Part shown: one piece after another, positions 58,461 to 64,000 of the stretch
Layout: each line of letters opens with the position of its first letter
Numbering within the stretch: the first letter of the stretch is position 1
Source of the DNA: a virus
DNA length: 64,000 bases
Direction: 5' to 3' (one strand)
IMG/VR virus record: IMGVR_UViG_3300016675_000314
Notes under the pieces: model-generated
What the model was told of the DNA's origin: nothing
The model's input: the letters and a program-made list of their open reading frames with translations, nothing else
Database searches by the model: none
Program-made: the position numbers and the translations under genes

Positions 58461-58536
58461 TTCTTATTCCTTAATGAAGAAAGATATTTTTAAACTCAAT
58501 GCCGTATAGGGGGCAAAACCCGTGAGACTTTGATAC

Positions 58537-59160
58537 TCAGCTAGTAACACTGCCCCAGACTTTAGCATTCAGCACTTTAATGTACTCTGAAAATACTTTT
58601 GTCATAGAAACCGATGATACTTTAGAATATACATAGAATAGCTTGAGCAAAGCAGTAATAAGACTATATTTACCTTGACTCGTATTAACGTAGTCGATAA
58701 ATCCAGGCTTAAGTACTAATGCTAAAGATTTTCTTTCGAAGTCAACCAACTCATATGCTGGTTTATTTTTATCCGCAACAGCACTATTGTCAATACCGTA
58801 ATAGTCATGATCATAGTCACCGCGCAGTTTAAGGAGATTGTTCTCCTTAAATTCACCGCTATACGACAGAGGAGTTACACTGGAGTCCAGCTCCACTTTT
58901 AACTCTTGTGTACAAGAGCTACTCCAACTGCTGAGCAAATGATTCGCGTAGCAATCCATTAAAAATGGTGCTACATATAAATGTTGAAGATTAAGAAGCT
59001 GTGCAGCGTCTTCAATACTTAAAACAGTACGCACTACGCCATAATCTAAAATAGAATTCAACGGTAAATTTTTACGTCTAAATGCTAATTCTACCCAGTA
59101 AGGGATAAGCACGATTTGTTTGGTTAAAGACACCATATTCTCCTTAGACTGATAAACCAC
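58537..59160 (-). CDS. Hypothetical/structural protein upstream of the MCP (phiKZ gp119 position)
   Basis: 207 aa; probable start MVSLTK (AAGGAG upstream). Confidence 0.6.
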   Translation of the reverse strand: MVYQSKENMVSLTKQIVLIPYWVELAFRRKNLPLNSILDYGVVRTVLSIEDAAQLLNLQHLYVAPFLMDCYANHLLSSWSSSCTQELKVELDSSVTPLSYSGEFKENNLLKLRGDYDHDYYGIDNSAVADKNKPAYELVDFERKSLALVLKPGFIDYVNTSQGKYSLITALLKLFYVYSKVSSVSMTKVFSEYIKVLNAKVWGSVTS

Positions 59161-59185
59161 AGAGTATGTATTACATATTAATGTA

Positions 59186-59220
59186 TAGGTTTTTTTATTA
59201 CTGATACTAGTTGTTATATG
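59186..59220 (-). promoter_or_regulatory. Candidate late promoter region (TATG motifs) for the gp119-MCP operon within a divergent intergenic region
   Basis: TATG occurs on both strands in 59160-59284. TATG is the known late-promoter consensus of the phiKZ nvRNAP, but a 4-mer alone is weak evidence. Confidence 0.3.
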
Positions 59221-59283
59221 TAGCCACCAATAGTAGCGGTGGTTTTTATCCCTATTTTTTAAAACCCAAACAACAACACCGTC

Positions 59284-60816
59284 ATGGATGCAAAACTCCT
59301 TTTAGTCAAGAGTATTACATTGCTGTATCGTGAAAGTCTTATTGCGAACAATGAAAACTCTGCCGATCTGGTTAAGACCGTCTTAGAAACTATTAAGATT
59401 CAAGAAAGTGGTTTAACACTTAGTAAAGCAAGTGATATTTTAACAGCACTTAAAATCACTGCTCTTGAGATGTGTGAAAACCCTCCAGACCATGAGTATG
59501 AAAAGTCTGAGCTTATTCAAAGACTGCGAATGAATTGCGATAACGATGATTCGCTCTATAATTCATTTATGCAAAGTCTTGACCCAGACATGTCTGAGTC
59601 ATCTCTTAAACGCACTATTCTTAATATCCGTAAATCTCTTCATAATCATTTTAGAGACAACACGGTTAGATCTATTGTCAGTAAAGCTAGTTTTACACTT
59701 AATAATCAAAGAGAATCTATTAAAGACATGAAGTCTTGGATTCAGGACTTTATTGCCCAATTAGAACCTTTTCAAACAGGCGTTAATACAAAAGACCCAG
59801 CTATTCTTGACGATGTTGAGATTCATGATGTGGAAAAACTAAAAACAGTCTTTTCACAAATAAATGAAGAAGACAATGGTGACTCTTGTTTTCGAACAGG
59901 GTGGCAAGGTGTCAATAGAATGCTTGACGGTGGTTTTAGAAAAGGCGAAGAGTGGGTTATTGGCGCTTTGCAGCACAATTGGAAATCCGGCTTTAGCCTT
60001 ACGCTATTTGAGCAATTTGCACTTTATAACAAACCTGTAATGGTTGATCCAAATAAAAAACCATTACTACTTAGAATATCGTTTGAAGACTCTATTCAGA
60101 TTAACTTTAAGTTCCTCTATAAGTCTCTTAAAGAAAACGAAACAGGTAAAGTAATCAGCACCATTGGTGTTAGTGATGAAGAGATGGCTAAATACGTAAC
60201 AGACCGCTTATCTGTTAACGGATACCATATTAGATTAATGGCGGTTAATCCATCTCTTTGGACTTACAAAGATCTTTGTAATAAAATTATTGAATTAGAA
60301 GCTGAAGGATATGAGATTCAAGTATGTATGGTAGACTATCTTCTTAAACTACCCACTACTGGCTGCGATCAGGGACCAATGGGTCATGATATTCGTAACA
60401 TGTACGAACGTATTCGTGCATTTATGAATTCAAGAAAGATAACTTTTATCACACCTCACCAGCTCTCTCCTGATGCTAAAACCATGATCAGAGAAAATCG
60501 CCAAGACTTTGTAAAACAATTGATTGGTGGAGGTTACTATTCTGGTTCTAAACAAATTGACCAAGTAGTAGATGGTGAGCTATTTATTCATATTGAAAAA
60601 TTAAATAGAGAGGCTTACCTCACTATTCAAAGAGGCAAGCATCGTAAGGTTAACATCACACCAGAAGAACATCTATACGCAGTATATAAGTTTGTAAAGG
60701 GTGGTGTAATTCCTGACGATATTGGCAAGCCAGACTCAATGCGTCAAAAAGTAGGAGGTGAACCAATGGCCCAGGGTGGCGGATCACCGTTTCATGAATT
60801 TGAGTCTCCAATCTAA
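59284..60816 (+). CDS. dnaB: DnaB-like replicative helicase (phiKZ gp118-like)
   Basis: TGWQGVNRMLDGGFRKGE, Walker A variant GALQHNWKS, MVDYL, TPHQLS and IQRGKHR (arginine finger). Confidence 0.85.
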   Translation: MDAKLLLVKSITLLYRESLIANNENSADLVKTVLETIKIQESGLTLSKASDILTALKITALEMCENPPDHEYEKSELIQRLRMNCDNDDSLYNSFMQSLDPDMSESSLKRTILNIRKSLHNHFRDNTVRSIVSKASFTLNNQRESIKDMKSWIQDFIAQLEPFQTGVNTKDPAILDDVEIHDVEKLKTVFSQINEEDNGDSCFRTGWQGVNRMLDGGFRKGEEWVIGALQHNWKSGFSLTLFEQFALYNKPVMVDPNKKPLLLRISFEDSIQINFKFLYKSLKENETGKVISTIGVSDEEMAKYVTDRLSVNGYHIRLMAVNPSLWTYKDLCNKIIELEAEGYEIQVCMVDYLLKLPTTGCDQGPMGHDIRNMYERIRAFMNSRKITFITPHQLSPDAKTMIRENRQDFVKQLIGGGYYSGSKQIDQVVDGELFIHIEKLNREAYLTIQRGKHRKVNITPEEHLYAVYKFVKGGVIPDDIGKPDSMRQKVGGEPMAQGGGSPFHEFESPI

Positions 60817-60831
60817 ATAAATATTAATCAG

Positions 60832-60874
60832 CATAATACACTCTAGTGCGGTAGCTACCGCACTAGAGTGTATG
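60832..60874. terminator. Palindrome between convergent genes, CATA...TATG flanked
   Basis: cata-atacactctagtgcggt-agct-accgcactagagtgtat-g. Confidence 0.72.
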
Positions 60875-60875
60875 C

Positions 60876-61088
60876 TCATAGATGAACTATATCACCATTA
60901 CACAGTCTGTGGTCAGCACTACTGTCGTCAAAGTATTGTCTCTCAGTATCTATTGGATGCTCTTTAAACATCAAGTAACAATACTCACAATAAATTCTAC
61001 CATCTGCTCTCCTATAATCAGGATCGTCATTTTGATGTAGTCCAGTAAATAATCTTAATGTATTTTCTCTTAAGCTTAAGTTACTCAT
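60876..61088 (-). CDS. Small protein with CxxC and His/Cys residues (possible Zn binding)
   Basis: 70 aa; YCEYC...HRLC. Confidence 0.45.
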   Translation of the reverse strand: MSNLSLRENTLRLFTGLHQNDDPDYRRADGRIYCEYCYLMFKEHPIDTERQYFDDSSADHRLCNGDIVHL

Positions 61089-61102
61089 AAGACCAATTAT
61101 AA

Positions 61103-61534
61103 CTAAAGTCTACTATTGTCAACAATATCACCGCAATGAACCAGCCGATTATAAATATGCTCATTTAATTCTTCTTCTCTAATACCTTTAACATCATCAA
61201 CAGTAAGATCAAAAGCATTACATCTATCAGAAGACCTACATATCCATGGATTAACCTTATATGTCTTACAAACCCTAATAAATGCTTGTAGGTACCTAAA
61301 TACCAAAACATGCTCCTTATTAGCCACATTAAACGTAATACTAAACAAAACTATTAAACCAAGTACATGATAGCCATACCAGTTAATAAGTCCATTTATA
61401 ATTAACCAAATACTAAACAATAGTTTACTAACAATCTTTTTAATTAGAGACATACTTACACCATATTCTTTTCTTTTATTAATTAAAACTTTCTCACTAC
61501 TAGCTACTTGTCTCTTATAGTCTTTCTTATTCAA
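61103..61534 (-). CDS. Hypothetical membrane protein
   Basis: 143 aa (the start may be MSLIKK); hydrophobic N-terminal half. Confidence 0.4.
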   Translation of the reverse strand: MNKKDYKRQVASSEKVLINKRKEYGVSMSLIKKIVSKLLFSIWLIINGLINWYGYHVLGLIVLFSITFNVANKEHVLVFRYLQAFIRVCKTYKVNPWICRSSDRCNAFDLTVDDVKGIREEELNEHIYNRLVHCGDIVDNSRL

Positions 61535-61539
61535 ATTAT

Positions 61540-61935
61540 TCTTTAGTATTTATTAGTTTATTATTCATTAGTTAGTTACTACGTAATGAATCAATGATTA
61601 GACTAGAGTATAGACTACTATACTCTAGTAGTAAATAACAACTATTAGTCAGTACTAGTATACTAGGATAGTATACTAGTAGAAAATTAGTATAAATAGA
61701 CTGGCCTAGCTACTAATTACTTTACTATTACTTATTCTTATCTATTTATCTATCTATTGATCTATTAGGAACGGCTAACTAACTCAACCTCAACCATCAT
61801 CCCTACCACCTATCAATCCACTTCAATGGATCAATAGAAGGTAAGTCAAGAAGAAGTATGTACTGAACCCGTTAACTTTCAGTACGTATTAGTTAACATA
61901 AAAATACAGTATAGTGGTATTTTTTATACAAATAA
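61540..61935. other. AT-rich non-coding region dense in TAGT/ACTA and short palindromes
   Basis: No ORF in the track. Hairpins at 61602-61629 (12 bp), 61653-61681 (13 bp) and 61860-61885 (8 bp). Confidence 0.7.
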
Positions 61936-61950
61936 AAAAGAATAAGCACA

Positions 61951-61991
61951 CCACTAGCTAGAGTGTGTTGCTCTAGCTAGTGGCTTATATG
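61951..61991. terminator. Hairpin, 13-bp stem, with an A-rich left flank (U-tract on the minus strand) and TATG on the right
   Basis: ccactagctagag-tgtgttg-ctctagctagtgg-ctta-tatg. Confidence 0.68.
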
Positions 61992-62642
61992 TCAGACGTG
62001 ACTAATTGCGCGTACACGACGACGCACCTTTGGTTGGAAGATAGTTTCATTATCAACAATTTTTAGTCGATAAACACAACAAATTCCAGCAATATCTCCG
62101 CTGTAGCTTGCGCCAGGTGTAGCTGACTCTAGTACATCACTAAAAGATTTTTCACCAGTACAAACATCGGTGAGAGAGTATTCTCCAAAAACAGTCCGAG
62201 TAAGCCAGTTAGTTCGAATTTTATTAACACGAACAACATTGATGTTAAAGACCCCGTTATTAATAAAGAAATTATTAATAAAGACAATGTCACCTTCATT
62301 AACGTCGTCCAAAGTATGTATTTCTTCTTTATAGTAAATGCCGACAAAACTGTTACCAGATAGAAGTCGGTCTTCTTGTACCTTATCCAAAGATTTCCTG
62401 AAGTCACTAATATAAATTGGTTTAGGGTCTGGATTTTTACTTTTATTCAAAGAACTTAATTGTATTTTGTAGTTGTTCTCGATACGGTATACGGACTCAT
62501 CAATTTCATAAACGCCTAGCTCGTTATCTGCAGTGTGTTCTTTTACTAGTGGTGGCAGCCCAATACTCAAAGTAATTTCTGTACTAAGACCGTGTTTTTC
62601 ATACACAGGCAAAATGCAAACGTAATCGCTAATATGTTTCAT
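61992..62642 (-). CDS. Hypothetical protein
   Basis: 216 aa with AGGAG upstream. Confidence 0.6.
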   Translation of the reverse strand: MKHISDYVCILPVYEKHGLSTEITLSIGLPPLVKEHTADNELGVYEIDESVYRIENNYKIQLSSLNKSKNPDPKPIYISDFRKSLDKVQEDRLLSGNSFVGIYYKEEIHTLDDVNEGDIVFINNFFINNGVFNINVVRVNKIRTNWLTRTVFGEYSLTDVCTGEKSFSDVLESATPGASYSGDIAGICCVYRLKIVDNETIFQPKVRRRVRAISHV

Positions 62643-62690
62643 TTACAATGCTCCTATTATTAAGGGTGTTACAATTTATTAAGTCAGCCA

Positions 62691-62900
62691 CTAATCACTG
62701 TTGTTATCAGTAGTAATTAGTGAATCAATAGCGGTAATGTTAAAACAAGACAAGCAGGTTAGTGTTGAGACATACTCTCCATCAATATCGTGAGATACGA
62801 TCACTTTAGTTACAGAGTCTATGTTTGCATGAGGACAAACATGCACGTAGTCGGTATTGGTCTGTGTTTTATTTGTCTTTCTAATTAAGATCTCAAACAT
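62691..62900 (-). CDS. Small Cys-containing hypothetical protein
   Basis: 69 aa; CPH...CLSC possible Zn ribbon. Confidence 0.45.
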   Translation of the reverse strand: MFEILIRKTNKTQTNTDYVHVCPHANIDSVTKVIVSHDIDGEYVSTLTCLSCFNITAIDSLITTDNNSD

Positions 62901-62942
62901 TTTTAATCTTTCAAAATATGCGGCGATAATCTTTTTTAATGA

Positions 62943-63428
62943 TTAAATGCTGTGTTTTTCAATCACAACACAGCCTTCTGGCGATGTGGTACCCCAAATC
63001 TCATTTGCTGTTTTATATACAGCCTCAGGGTTGTCATCAATCCAGACATGAAACGTATGTCCGACGCTTGCACAATGAGGTCTTTTAGCTTTGCGTCCAG
63101 TGGCAATAAAGCCGCCGCATTCCCGAGAGAAGGAAATAAAGTCAGGATCATTAAGACACTCAGATTCGTACCGCATTGTTACTACACGAATCTGATGACC
63201 TCTGCTACGCAGTAGTTTGACTAGTGCCAAAAAACCCACTGGATCAGACGTTACTGTCCCATCATAATCTAAAGCAATACTGATTACATCATGATCTTTA
63301 TTTTGTTCTTCTTTTTTAGGAACATCAATAGTGCGGCTTATAAAGCTGACCAGATTATGAATCTGTGCTACCTCTGTTTTTATTTCAAGAATATCTTTAG
63401 CCATATGTTTGAGCTTATCGTCTGACAT
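62943..63428 (-). CDS. HAD-superfamily-like protein
   Basis: Motif I IALDYDGTV, motif II VVTMR and motif IV WIDDNP. Confidence 0.7.
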   Translation of the reverse strand: MSDDKLKHMAKDILEIKTEVAQIHNLVSFISRTIDVPKKEEQNKDHDVISIALDYDGTVTSDPVGFLALVKLLRSRGHQIRVVTMRYESECLNDPDFISFSRECGGFIATGRKAKRPHCASVGHTFHVWIDDNPEAVYKTANEIWGTTSPEGCVVIEKHSI

Positions 63429-63460
63429 AATTCGTATCTTTCTAAATTAAAAAGTTTTTA

Positions 63461-63850
63461 CTATTTCGAATTTAGTTTATTTTTAAAGACAGCAATGATA
63501 GAATTCATAATCTCTTCTATTTGCTTATCACGAGTACCTAAAAACACGGTGATATGGGTTTCTCGTAATTCGGCACCACTCGAATTATTAGTATCTTTGT
63601 GAATAATGCGGATACCACCATCGATGTGTTTTACTATTTTTTCAATTTTAAGAATAGGTGAGCCGTGAACATCGGTAATGTTTATATTAATAAACTCATT
63701 CGACTCACCGTTTTCTAAAATAGTTCCTTCTTTAATTTTAACATAGGTCCCTAACCCTACGTCCTTTGAAAAGAAATCAGAAGTTGGAAACGCCTTGATA
63801 ACGTCAGGTATTATTTTTTCTTCCAATTCTTTATTTTGTATTGTGATCAT
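63461..63850 (-). CDS. Hypothetical protein
   Basis: 129 aa with AAGG upstream. Confidence 0.55.
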   Translation of the reverse strand: MITIQNKELEEKIIPDVIKAFPTSDFFSKDVGLGTYVKIKEGTILENGESNEFININITDVHGSPILKIEKIVKHIDGGIRIIHKDTNNSSGAELRETHITVFLGTRDKQIEEIMNSIIAVFKNKLNSK

Positions 63851-64000
63851 TTATTACCTTAGTTCATTCTTTCTTGGGGGGGGGGTCCAGAGCGTTAAGA
63901 GCTTTATGGGTTTTGCACGGCGTTTACAACGCCAGCGATAGCGGACCAAAGGGTGTTGAAGTCGTTATTTTTGTTTCAACTTTGGGAAGTGTTCTTGAGA

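Noticed and set aside
56301-58493. 730-aa antisense ORF spanning the MCP gene
   Set aside because: It is in codon register with the MCP and explained by avoidance of TTA/CTA/TCA codons. The Q/H/R-rich composition is typical of a shadow frame, and it has no recognisable motif or RBS.
11894-61991. Intergenic hairpins as a CRISPR array, REP elements or IS ends
   Set aside because: They are dispersed singly, their stems differ in sequence, and there is no repeat-spacer periodicity, cas gene or transposase.
1-64000. tRNA/rRNA genes and a nuclear shell (chimallin) gene
   Set aside because: No cloverleaf or rRNA-like segment was seen in the short gaps and no ORF was recognisable as chimallin. The family assignment rests on RNAP, MCP, portal and gene order only.
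63890-64000. C-terminal end of a minus-strand gene at the right edge
   Set aside because: All three frames contain stops within the last 110 nt; this cannot be resolved without flanking sequence.

Overview
This 64 kb window comes from an AT-rich, phiKZ-like jumbo myovirus (likely Chimalliviridae, the nucleus-forming phages). It carries the core virion and replication block. Transcription genes: three virion RNA polymerase subunits (beta N-part cut by the window edge, beta' N-part, beta C-part) and a non-virion RNAP beta subunit. Virion genes: a 2587-aa tape-measure-like tail protein with two peptidoglycan hydrolase domains, portal, major capsid protein (MCP), central spike and three paralogous tail-fibre-like proteins. 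DNA metabolism genes: UvsX, RNase H, RuvC, SbcC and DnaB. There is also a spanin/holin-like cassette. Four features missed by the ORF track stand out. (1) An ORF-less 482-nt group I intron (2115-2596) splits the catalytic ADFDGD motif of the virion RNAP beta' gene; exon 2 is 1932-2114. (2) An 80-nt, 73/80-identical, in-frame copy of an MCP gene segment sits inside an unrelated NADAR-like gene 40.7 kb away (15711-15790 vs 56386-56465). (3) A dispersed family of long intergenic hairpins is bracketed by CATA...TATG, the phiKZ late-promoter tetramer. (4) A palindrome-dense non-coding region lies near dnaB. All homology calls and phiKZ gp numbers come from motif recognition and recalled gene order, not from database searches.
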